Assembly: GCA_040753575.1 (NCBI GenBank)
Contig: JBFMEC010000003.1
Location: forward strand, 1 to 38,243
Direction: 5' to 3'
DNA from: Nitrospirota bacterium
Lineage (GTDB): Bacteria > Nitrospirota > Thermodesulfovibrionia > Thermodesulfovibrionales > SM23-35
Length of the DNA: 38,243 bases
The notes under the pieces are model-generated. The model saw nothing but the letters and a program-made list of their open reading frames with translations, did not search any database and was not told the DNA's origin. This document shows positions 26,742-34,134 of the stretch, one piece after another (within the stretch, counting starts at the first letter, position 1; the number at the start of each line of letters is the position of its first letter). Both the position numbers and the translations under genes were made by a program.

Positions 26742-27869
26742 ATGGGTACTAAATTTCAGAAAATTTCAACATTACGACTGTTGGCCTTTTTTATATTTTT
26801 TGTGGCCCCCTTTTCAGTTCAGGCGTATGACTTGAATGAAAAGTTATCGATAGAAGGAACTTTAACAGGAGTCTACCAGTATGGAGATTTTGACTTTGAA
26901 GGAATTAAAGACTCTGACAGGGGGTCAGCTGTTCTTGATCTCGGAGTAAACTTCCATCCGGCGGATAAAGACGAATTTCAGATAACCCTCAGCTACGCTG
27001 CTGGAAACGCATGGAATAAAGTAGGTCCTTTCTCTTTGAGTCTTTACGCGGATGATCTTGAAGCTGACCTCAAAAACATAAATGGGAGAGATAGAGATTA
27101 TCTACTTGAGGCATGGTATAAGCACACCTTCGCTTTGTCAAAAAACGCATCACTTGCAGTAACAGGAGGCATCATAGATTCTACGACCTACATTGATGAC
27201 AATAAGTTTGCAAACGACGAAGTGGCGCAGTTCATGAATGAAACATTCGTGAATCATAAGAATGTAAATTTACCTTCCTACGACCTCGGAGGAGTTATAG
27301 AGTTAAATATCTCGAGCTTTTCCATCAGGGCGTTGATGATGAATACGAAATTTGAAGCCGAAGAAAATGACTTCAAAAACTATGATTACTATGCACTACA
27401 ACTCGGGTACACCCTCAATACCTCTTTAGGTGAAGGTAATTATAGGATCTATGGTTTTACAACGAACGATAAGTTTCCATGCTGGGATGAGAGGGATGAA
27501 GGTAGTCTTTATGGTTATGGAATCTCTGCAGATCAAGAACTGAGTAAGATAATCGGGGTTTTTGCAAGGTTTGGCTGGCAGAATGATAAGGCAGTAATAG
27601 TTCACGATGAGATTTATTCCGGAGGTGTCAATATAAACGGGAAATTATGGGGGAGAGAGAAAGACGAGATAGGTCTTGGTTATGCATATCTCGATGGTGC
27701 TGACTGTGGAGATATTGACAACACAAATGCTATCGAGGCTTACACCAAATTCAAGATATCCGATTTCAGCGATGTAACCTTTGATGTCCAGTACATTAAT
27801 GATAACATGAAGCATGGTGAAGACAGAGATGGATTTATTTATGGGATCAGGTTAAACGCGTATTTCTAA
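26742..27869 (+). CDS. Outer-membrane beta-barrel porin (OprB/carbohydrate-porin-like)
   Basis: The start is trimmed to ATG 26742 (GGAGGA 7 nt upstream). It has a signal peptide ending ...FSVQA, an alternating beta-strand pattern and a C-terminal ...RLNAYF with terminal Phe. Confidence 0.65.
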   Translation: MGTKFQKISTLRLLAFFIFFVAPFSVQAYDLNEKLSIEGTLTGVYQYGDFDFEGIKDSDRGSAVLDLGVNFHPADKDEFQITLSYAAGNAWNKVGPFSLSLYADDLEADLKNINGRDRDYLLEAWYKHTFALSKNASLAVTGGIIDSTTYIDDNKFANDEVAQFMNETFVNHKNVNLPSYDLGGVIELNISSFSIRALMMNTKFEAEENDFKNYDYYALQLGYTLNTSLGEGNYRIYGFTTNDKFPCWDERDEGSLYGYGISADQELSKIIGVFARFGWQNDKAVIVHDEIYSGGVNINGKLWGREKDEIGLGYAYLDGADCGDIDNTNAIEAYTKFKISDFSDVTFDVQYINDNMKHGEDRDGFIYGIRLNAYF

Positions 27870-27906
27870 CCAATTTAAAAACTTAAATTATAAGGAGGTA
27901 GTAACC

Positions 27907-28680
27907 ATGAAAAAAGGGATCGTAAAAGCAGTATTAACAACTATGATACTCATCGTATCTGTTTCCCTGTCTTGGGCACATTTTGGAGTGATCATCCCCT
28001 CTGATGACATTGTTTCAAAGCAGGACAAAAAGGAGATAACCCTTCAGGTAAAATTCATCCATCCTTTTGAGGGACACTATATGAATATGGAAATGCCAAA
28101 GGCATTTGGCTTTATGATGGGCGGGAAGAAGCATGATCTCCTGCAAACCCTGAAAAAGAAAGCAGTAAAGGGTTTTACTACATGGGAGGCTTCATATAAG
28201 ATTACGCAGCCCGGAGACCGCGTCTTCTTTGTCGAACCAGCACCTTACTGGGAACCTGCAGAAGAAAGTTTCATCATTCATTACACGAAGGTCATAGTGA
28301 ATGCCCTCGGTCTTGAGGAAGGATGGGATAGTGAGGTAGGACTTAAGACCGAGATAGTGCCTTTAACAAGACCTTACGGACTCTGGGCAGGTAATGTGTT
28401 TCAGGGGATTGTAAAAGTGGATGGCAAACCTGTACCTTATGCAGAGGTGGAGGTTGAATATTACAATGAAGGGGGAAAGATAAAGGCACCCGATGAACCA
28501 TATATAACCCAGGTTATCAAGGCTGATGAAAGCGGTGTATTCACCTATGCAATGCCAAAGGCTGGATGGTGGGGATTTGCAGCTCTGAATACTGCTGATT
28601 ACAAGCTGAAGCATGACGATAAGGAATACCCTGTTGAGATCGGTGCTGTGCTGTGGGTGAAGACGAGGGAGATGAAATAA
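27907..28680 (+). CDS. Periplasmic DUF4198 protein, the NikK/CbiK-type accessory component of the ECF Ni/Co transporter
   Basis: The signal peptide ends [12 protein letters not shown]. It has a DUF4198-like beta-sandwich ([26 protein letters not shown]...). Its stop overlaps the cbiM start (TAATG). Confidence 0.75.
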   Translation: MKKGIVKAVLTTMILIVSVSLSWAHFGVIIPSDDIVSKQDKKEITLQVKFIHPFEGHYMNMEMPKAFGFMMGGKKHDLLQTLKKKAVKGFTTWEASYKITQPGDRVFFVEPAPYWEPAEESFIIHYTKVIVNALGLEEGWDSEVGLKTEIVPLTRPYGLWAGNVFQGIVKVDGKPVPYAEVEVEYYNEGGKIKAPDEPYITQVIKADESGVFTYAMPKAGWWGFAALNTADYKLKHDDKEYPVEIGAVLWVKTREMK

Positions 28681-29291
28681 TGCATATATCAGAAGGTGTA
28701 CTTTCGGCATCCGTCCTTTTGACGGGTGCCCTGATTACCGTGGGTGGAACAGCTTTGGGACTAAAGAAGATGGATTATGAAAAGATACCCGAGGTAGCAG
28801 TTCTTTCATCAGCCTTTTTTGTCGCCTCATTGATCCATGTTCCGATAGGTCCATCAAGTGTTCATTTAGTTCTCAATGGCCTTGTAGGTATACTTTTAGG
28901 CTGGATGGCTTTTCCTTCTATTCTTGTAGCCCTTGCACTGCAGGCACTCCTGTTTCAATTTGGCGGATTTACCTCTCTTGGTGTAAATACCTTTAATATG
29001 GCAGCACCGGCTGTTATAGCCTATTATCTCTTTAACTTTACAATAAGAAAAGCAAATCATTTCATAAGCATGCTTGCAGGGTTTGGTGCGGGCCTGACGG
29101 GTCTAGGACTTGGTGCACTATTCGTTGCAATAGCCCTCGTAAGCACAGGAGAGAGCTTTCTTAATGTTGCAAAGATACTGGTTGTTGCTCATCTTCCTGT
29201 GATGGTAATTGAAGGAATTATAACATCCTTCTGCGTTGTCTTTTTGAAAAAGGTAAAACCAGAAATTCTGGAGGAGGTGGGAAAAAGATGA
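28680..29291 (+). CDS. cbiM: ECF-type Ni/Co transporter substrate-capture subunit CbiM/NikM
   Basis: The start is trimmed to give the N-terminus MHISEGVLS, the family hallmark Met-His metal-binding terminus. It has 6-7 TM helices. Confidence 0.9.
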   Translation: MHISEGVLSASVLLTGALITVGGTALGLKKMDYEKIPEVAVLSSAFFVASLIHVPIGPSSVHLVLNGLVGILLGWMAFPSILVALALQALLFQFGGFTSLGVNTFNMAAPAVIAYYLFNFTIRKANHFISMLAGFGAGLTGLGLGALFVAIALVSTGESFLNVAKILVVAHLPVMVIEGIITSFCVVFLKKVKPEILEEVGKR

Positions 29292-29947
29292 AATCTGGAT
29301 TCAGGCATCTTATTTTTTGTTTACTTTTTACTTTTTGCTGTCTACTATTTGTTTCTCTTGCCAATGCCCATAAAGTAAACATCTATGCTTATGCTGAGAA
29401 TGGGTTGGTTCACTCAGAAAGTTATTTTGTTGATGGCACGAAGTGCAAGAATTCCGTTTTAGAGGTTTTTGATGAAAAAGACGGAACCAAACTCCTTGAG
29501 GGTAAGACTGATGAAGAAGGAAAGTTTTCTTTTAAAATCCCTAAGGTCACATCCCTTAAACTCGTCCTTCATGCGAGCATGGGACATCAGGCCGACTTCA
29601 CCCTTGGTGAAGATGAGGTGAGAGAGGCAATGGGTGTGAAACAGCCTCCCAAGTCACCATCTGTTAAGGTGCCCTCAAAATCAGAAGGCAGTGCTTCAAT
29701 GAAGACTCAAAAAAAGGAGACTGCAGAAATATCAGAATTAAAAGGTATATCTGAATCCGAGATAGAAGCAATCGTTGAGAGTGCTGTCGATAAGAAGCTC
29801 CAGCCTGTAATGAGGATGCTTGTTAAGCTACAGGAAAGCAGTGGAAAGCCAGGCATTACCGAAATAATTGGCGGAATTGGTTATATTATAGGTATTTTAG
29901 GAATTGTAGCGTATTTCAAAGCCAGAAGGAGAATGAAGAGAGACTGA
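29288..29947 (+). CDS. NikL-like accessory protein: signal/TM, small beta-sandwich (carboxypeptidase-regulatory-like), C-terminal TM anchor
   Basis: ...ANAHKVNIYAYAENG...LEVFDEKDGTKLLEGKTDEEGKFSFKIPK...HASMGHQADF, then the ITEIIGGIGYIIGILGIVAYF TM helix. It occupies the CbiN position between M and Q. Confidence 0.6.
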   Translation: MKSGFRHLIFCLLFTFCCLLFVSLANAHKVNIYAYAENGLVHSESYFVDGTKCKNSVLEVFDEKDGTKLLEGKTDEEGKFSFKIPKVTSLKLVLHASMGHQADFTLGEDEVREAMGVKQPPKSPSVKVPSKSEGSASMKTQKKETAEISELKGISESEIEAIVESAVDKKLQPVMRMLVKLQESSGKPGITEIIGGIGYIIGILGIVAYFKARRRMKRD

Positions 29948-29948
29948 T

Positions 29949-30698
29949 ATGCACCTCGAGGAATTTGCAGAAGGTAACTCTTTTTTACACAGGCTTGATC
30001 CAAGGGTTAAATTTATAACCGCCATCCCGTACATCTTTGTCATCGCTGTTATGCAAGGAACAAAAGGTCCATTGTTAGCCCTTATGATTTCCCTTTTAAT
30101 GATAGCTCTTAGCCGCATAAGCTTTAAAAAGCTTATTGGAAGGTTGATTGTTGTAAATACCTTTATATTGGTTCTATGGATATTCCTCCCCTTTAGTTAC
30201 CCTGGAGAGGCAGTTTTTATTATAGGTTCTCTAAGGGCTACCCATGAGGGTTTTCTTTATGCCCTTTCCATTACACTTAAGGCCAATGCCATTGTGCTTG
30301 CAACCATAGCAATCCTTGGCACATCAGAAATATTTTCCCTTGCCCATGCCCTTGTACATCTAAGAGTGCCTGACAAGCTAATTCACCTATTTTTTTTCTT
30401 CTACAGATACATTAGCGTTTTACACGAGGAATATACGAGATTAAAAAATGCAATGGCCATAAGATGTTTCCAGACAGGAACAAATATACATACATACAGA
30501 ACATATGCATATCTTGTTGGTATGCTGATAGTAAGGAGTTATGATCGCTCCCAGAGGATTTACAGGGCTATGTTGTGCAGAGGTTTTGGTGGTAAGTTTC
30601 GTGTAATGAGCCATTTTGAACTTAAAAGAGGAGATGTATTATTCGGTATACTGATGGTCTTGATAACATCATTTATGGGACTTTTGTTTCTTTTATAA
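29949..30698 (+). CDS. cbiQ: ECF transporter transmembrane (T) component CbiQ/NikQ
   Basis: The protein is polytopic. It has LDPRVKF near the N-terminus and a conserved Arg-rich cytoplasmic loop (AMAIRCF...). It lies between cbiM-like and ATPase genes. Confidence 0.85.
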   Translation: MHLEEFAEGNSFLHRLDPRVKFITAIPYIFVIAVMQGTKGPLLALMISLLMIALSRISFKKLIGRLIVVNTFILVLWIFLPFSYPGEAVFIIGSLRATHEGFLYALSITLKANAIVLATIAILGTSEIFSLAHALVHLRVPDKLIHLFFFFYRYISVLHEEYTRLKNAMAIRCFQTGTNIHTYRTYAYLVGMLIVRSYDRSQRIYRAMLCRGFGGKFRVMSHFELKRGDVLFGILMVLITSFMGLLFLL

Positions 30699-30701
30699 AG
30701 A

Positions 30702-31364
30702 ATGAGCATGGAAGAATATTTAATAGAGATATGGGATCTGGGCTTTAGCTATGCCAATGGGAGAAAGGTATTTGACGGCTTGAATTTTTCTCTTAAAAGG
30801 AGAGAGAGGATTGGCCTTACAGGCCCCAATGGTGCTGGCAAGACGACATTCTTTCATCTGATAACAGGGCTTTTGAAACCTGATTCAGGTGAGATAAAAA
30901 TATTTGGGAAGGTCAGAAGGCATGAGAAAGACTTCATAGAGGTAAGACAGAAGATTGGTCTTTTGTTTCAGGATTCTGATGACCAGCTATTTTCTCCAAC
31001 TGTTGAGGAGGATATTGCCTTTGGTCCATTAAATCTTGGGAAATCCCTTGAAGAGACAAGGACTATTGTTAGAGAAACCTGTGAGAGATTAGGGCTTTCG
31101 GGTTTTGAGAAACGGGTTACCCATCGGCTTTCAGGAGGCGAGAAAAGGCTTGTGGCACTTGCCACAGTTGTGGCTATGAATCCTGAATGTTATTTATTGG
31201 ATGAGCCTATTACAGGACTTGATGAAAAAACAGCGGATAAATTTTTAAGATACCTGAAAGAGCATGCAGATACGTATGTCATAATTACCCATGATCGAGG
31301 ATTCTTAAAGGGTGCAGTAGACAGGATTTATATGTTAAATGATAGTAAAATTACCGAGATTTAA
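30702..31364 (+). CDS. cbiO: ECF transporter ATPase CbiO/NikO
   Basis: Walker A GPNGAGKTT, signature LSGGEKR and Walker B YLLDEP. Confidence 0.9.
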   Translation: MSMEEYLIEIWDLGFSYANGRKVFDGLNFSLKRRERIGLTGPNGAGKTTFFHLITGLLKPDSGEIKIFGKVRRHEKDFIEVRQKIGLLFQDSDDQLFSPTVEEDIAFGPLNLGKSLEETRTIVRETCERLGLSGFEKRVTHRLSGGEKRLVALATVVAMNPECYLLDEPITGLDEKTADKFLRYLKEHADTYVIITHDRGFLKGAVDRIYMLNDSKITEI

Positions 31365-31457
31365 TCAAAATGGTTTTTTGAAAAAAAACTATAGAGATTA
31401 ATTCAATTTAATCTACGAAGGACTAAGCAGAGACCCCTTAGAAATTTTTAGGACTGA

Positions 31458-31510
31458 AAAGCCATGAAGGCTTTGCACCAGATAGTGATCTTTCGTGGCC
31501 TTTGTGTTTT
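31458..31510 (+). terminator. Structured repeat copy B, terminator-like
   Basis: AAAGCCATGAAGGCTTTGCACCAGATAGTGATCTTTCGTGGCCTTTGTGTTTT. GCCATGAAGG pairs with CTTTCGTGGC (two G-U pairs). The inner hairpin is CAC-CAGATA-GTG and the tail is T-rich. Confidence 0.55.
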
Positions 31511-31538
31511 GAGGACCTTTTGACCTAATCAAGCAACG

Positions 31539-31589
31539 AAGGAGCAATCCTCCTAAGAAAGGAGGCGAAAAAAAATCTTAGGAGGAAGC
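31539..31589 (+). promoter_or_regulatory. Leader with one anti-SD (CCTCCT) and three SD-like boxes; an 11-bp hairpin can sequester the real SD of the 66-aa ORF
   Basis: TCCTCCTAAGA (31548-31558) is the exact reverse complement of TCTTAGGAGGA (31576-31586), which contains the SD 4 nt before ATG 31590. The same CCTCCT can instead pair with AGGAGG (31560-31565) or AGGAG (31540-31544). Confidence 0.45.
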
Positions 31590-31790
31590 ATGGAAGAACT
31601 CGTAAAAATAAGGAGTTTACTTGATTACTGGTTAGAACATAACAATGAGCACGCAGAAATGTATATGAATTGGGCAAATAAGGCTTTGTCATTTGGTAAT
31701 GAAGAATTATCAAAAATATTCATTAGGCTTTATCTTGAATCAAAAAGATTGAATAGGCTTTTTGAGGCGGCTAAGAAAGCGAGCAGTTAG
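31590..31790 (+). CDS. Small helical protein (66 aa) with an EHNNEH motif
   Basis: A strong SD is present. The sequence MEELVKIRSLLDYWLEHNNEHAEMYMNWANKALSFGNEELSKIFIRLYLESKRLNRLFEAAKKASS is a predicted helical hairpin with an HxxxH motif. I recognise no family. Confidence 0.6.
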   Translation: MEELVKIRSLLDYWLEHNNEHAEMYMNWANKALSFGNEELSKIFIRLYLESKRLNRLFEAAKKASS

Positions 31791-31850
31791 TTCTGAAGAA
31801 CTGAATCTGCGCGACTGAATTTTACCGTTTCAGGCTGTATAAAACATTTT

Positions 31851-31901
31851 GCCATGAATAGGCCATGAAGGCTTTCTGCCAGAAGGCGGATGTCGTTGTG
31901 G
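31851..31901 (+). repeat. Structured repeat copy C (degenerate, no T-run), with a partial tandem duplication of the 5' box
   Basis: GCCATGAATAGGCCATGAAGGCTTTCTGCCAGAAGGCGGATGTCGTTGTGG. The 5' box is GGCCATGAAGGC. The inner hairpin is CTGCC-AGAA-GGCGG and the 3' half is TCGTTGTGG. Confidence 0.4.
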
Positions 31902-31990
31902 AGTATTATACTCAAATCCCGAGGGACATGACGGTTATAATACTAATAAAAATCCGGAGAGGCTTTAGCCTTATACCAGGAGGATTTGTT

Positions 31991-32263
31991 ATGAAAGGAA
32001 AACACGAACACAAACATTTGCATTCTCACAGGCATTTGCATAAACACTCCCACGAGCATCCTCACAAGGACAAAAAACACAGCCATGAGCATTTCCATGC
32101 ACACAGTCATGAACACGAGCACGAGCATGAACACGAACATACTCACAAAGGGAAATCTGAAAAGCATGATCATGAGCATAAAGACAAGCATGGTTCTCAT
32201 GATCATGACCATCCCGGACACGAGAAAGTAATACACAAGCATAAAGGCAAAACGAAAAAATAA
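31991..32263 (+). CDS. Histidine-rich protein, 90 aa with 33 His in an alternating HxH pattern; probable metal-binding/storage protein
   Basis: The start is trimmed to ATG 31991 (CCAGGAGGA upstream). The sequence is MKGKHEHKHLHSHRHLHKHSHEHPHKDKKHSHEHFHAHSHEHEHEHEHEHTHKGKSEKHDHEHKDKHGSHDHDHPGHEKVIHKHKGKTKK. There is no signal peptide and no Cys. Confidence 0.75.
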   Translation: MKGKHEHKHLHSHRHLHKHSHEHPHKDKKHSHEHFHAHSHEHEHEHEHEHTHKGKSEKHDHEHKDKHGSHDHDHPGHEKVIHKHKGKTKK

Positions 32264-32325
32264 AAAGAAGGTTCTGAACAAGAAGTTCAGAATATAAGTA
32301 ACATTTAATACGATTTAGAAAACAT

Positions 32326-32373
32326 AAAGCCACGAAGGCATGCACCGCGAAGGTGAGCTTTTGTGGCTTTTTT
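32326..32373 (+). terminator. Structured repeat copy D, shaped like an intrinsic terminator
   Basis: AAAGCCACGAAGGCATGCACCGCGAAGGTGAGCTTTTGTGGCTTTTTT. The outer stem is up to 13 bp with G-U pairs. The inner hairpin is CACC-GCGAA-GGTG, followed by a T6 run. It is preceded by a separate 8-bp hairpin TTCTGAAC/GTTCAGAA (32272-32292). Confidence 0.6.
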
Positions 32374-32397
32374 GTGTGGAGGGAAAAGATCGGAACC

Positions 32398-33150
32398 ATG
32401 AAAGGACAGAGTTACGGGATCATAACCTCGGTATCTATCCACACTATTATCATCACAATATTTCTGATGCTGTCTATTCATAAAAATGTTAATGAACTTA
32501 AAACGTTTTATATTCAATTCACGCAGATAAGGGAACCCACTATGCAAGAGCCTTCACCATTCAAAGAAATAAAGAAACATATGGTGTCTGTGGCAAACAA
32601 AAGGGATGTTAGAGAAAAAGAACATGATAACAGGATAAAAGAAGAAATACCTTTAATAAAAGAACCGCCCGTCGAAGAAAGGGAAACTGTAATTAGGAAT
32701 GATGCAACTGAGAGTTATGAGGTAGTCAAGGTAGCAAGCCTTCCTGCTTCTGACACAAAGGAATCTGCACCTATATATGGCAAAGGTCATCAAGGGAATG
32801 AAGGCACAGATAGTAGTATATCATATACGGCATCATCTGGCAGTACATCTTCTGGCATTGAGACCGAGTTCGGCTCCAGAGGAGCCCCCGCTTTCTTGAA
32901 AAGGCAATTGCCTGTTTATCCCATTCTTGCGAGAAAACTCGGCAAGGAGGGCAAGGTAGTTTTGAGGCTTTTTATAAATGAAAAAGGGCAATTGAAGGAT
33001 ATTGAAGTGGTTGAGCCGGCTGGCTATGGCTTTACAGAAGCTGCTGTAGAAGCGGTAAAGATGTCGACCTTTTCACCTGCACGTGAAAAAGGTGTAAGCA
33101 CTGCATCAAAGGCCTTGCTTACAATCCGTTTTGTTCTGAAAAAGGTCTGA
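32398..33150 (+). CDS. tonB: TonB-family energy transducer
   Basis: The start is trimmed to ATG 32398, because the GTG at 32353 lies inside the terminator-like repeat. It has an N-terminal TM helix, a charged/Pro linker and a C-terminal TonB domain (PVYPILARKLGKEGKVVLRLFINEKGQLKDIEVVEPAGYGFTEAAVEAV). Confidence 0.85.
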   Translation: MKGQSYGIITSVSIHTIIITIFLMLSIHKNVNELKTFYIQFTQIREPTMQEPSPFKEIKKHMVSVANKRDVREKEHDNRIKEEIPLIKEPPVEERETVIRNDATESYEVVKVASLPASDTKESAPIYGKGHQGNEGTDSSISYTASSGSTSSGIETEFGSRGAPAFLKRQLPVYPILARKLGKEGKVVLRLFINEKGQLKDIEVVEPAGYGFTEAAVEAVKMSTFSPAREKGVSTASKALLTIRFVLKKV

Positions 33151-33171
33151 TGCCAAGGAGAAGAAATACAA

Positions 33172-33606
33172 ATGGAATGGCTTAAGGCATTGGTTGATTA
33201 CGGAATCATCGGACTTCTAATAATTATGAGCATTATTGCAGTCGCAATAACAGTGGAAAGATATCTCATATTCAGGAAAATCAGGGTTGAAAACTTCAAT
33301 GATAAGAAAACCCTTGAAATAGAACTCACAAAAAAAATGCATATCATAGCAACTATAGGAAGCAATGCACCGTATATTGGATTGCTCGGCACTGTGCTTG
33401 GCATTATGCTCACATTTTATACAATGGGCAGGGAAGGACTGATGGATACCGGCAAGATCATGACAGGGCTTGCCCTTGCACTGAAGGCTACCGCTATAGG
33501 GCTTGTTGTTGCTATCCCCTCCATTACCTTTTATAACTTTCTTCTGAGGAAGGTGAAAGTGCTGATTGCACAATGGGAGACCATAAATGGAAGAGAAAGA
33601 ATTTGA
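33172..33606 (+). CDS. exbB: MotA/TolQ/ExbB-family proton channel
   Basis: APYIGLLGTVLGIM...ALALKATAIGLVVAIP, three TM helices. It sits next to tonB and exbD. Confidence 0.85.
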   Translation: MEWLKALVDYGIIGLLIIMSIIAVAITVERYLIFRKIRVENFNDKKTLEIELTKKMHIIATIGSNAPYIGLLGTVLGIMLTFYTMGREGLMDTGKIMTGLALALKATAIGLVVAIPSITFYNFLLRKVKVLIAQWETINGRERI

Positions 33607-33976
33607 CTATATAAATGTTATTCCGCTTGTGGATGTGATGCTTGTATTGCTCACAATTGTGTTAACTACATCGACGTTCATAGCCTCTGGAATGATCAAC
33701 GTATCGCTTCCGAAGGCATCTGCTGAACACAAGGAGATTCTGAAAAATCAGATTATATGCATTGATAGAGACGGAACAGTCTATCTCAATTCATCACCGA
33801 TAACACTTGATGAACTAAAAGACAAAATGCTTCTTCTAAACAAAATAACCCCTATCTTGGTACGTGCAGATAGGGACATCAGGCTTCAGGTATTTGTGGA
33901 TGTCTTAGATATCATCAATAACCTGGGATTCAGGAAAGTTGCAATACAGACAGAAAAGGGAGGTGAGATAAAGTAA
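33587..33976 (+). CDS. exbD: ExbD/TolR-family biopolymer transport protein
   Basis: INVIPLVDVMLVLLTIVLT, a single TM helix and a periplasmic domain. It overlaps the exbB 3' end. Confidence 0.85.
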   Translation: MEEKEFDYINVIPLVDVMLVLLTIVLTTSTFIASGMINVSLPKASAEHKEILKNQIICIDRDGTVYLNSSPITLDELKDKMLLLNKITPILVRADRDIRLQVFVDVLDIINNLGFRKVAIQTEKGGEIK

Positions 33977-34134
33977 AAAGTTAAAAATGAAAGTGAAAAG
34001 TTAGAAGAAAATCGAAGGGCAAGGATGACCTTTGGGGGGACACCCTGCCCTTGAGGGAAACGCTGCGAAATACAACGCCCCCTTGTCATTTTAACAGAAA
34101 AAGGGGGTGGGAGAAAAATTCAGGAGGTGAAAGG

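Noticed and set aside
31991-32373. The His-rich ORF as a his-operon-style attenuation leader peptide for tonB-exbBD
   Set aside because: At 90 codons it is far longer than known leader peptides. The His codons are interleaved rather than consecutive. The stop lies about 60 nt before the terminator-like stem, so ribosome position could not control it in the classical way. A metal-binding protein is the simpler reading. It remains a remote alternative.
31943-32399. Two long minus-strand ORFs (31943..32281 and 31989..32399) opposite the His-rich gene
   Set aside because: They are mirror images of the CAY/GAR repeat (Met/Val/Phe-rich nonsense). They have no SD and run through the terminator-like repeat. 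The + strand ORF has a proper SD and a coherent composition.
33977-34134. Cobalamin (B12) riboswitch upstream of the TonB-dependent receptor, and likewise upstream of the cbiM operon (26547-26741)
   Set aside because: The contexts are classic for B12 elements, but I could not find a B12 box (GCCACTG-type) or the GGGAA...GGTG...CCC core. The leaders are also shorter than the roughly 200 nt usually required. An Rfam scan would settle it.
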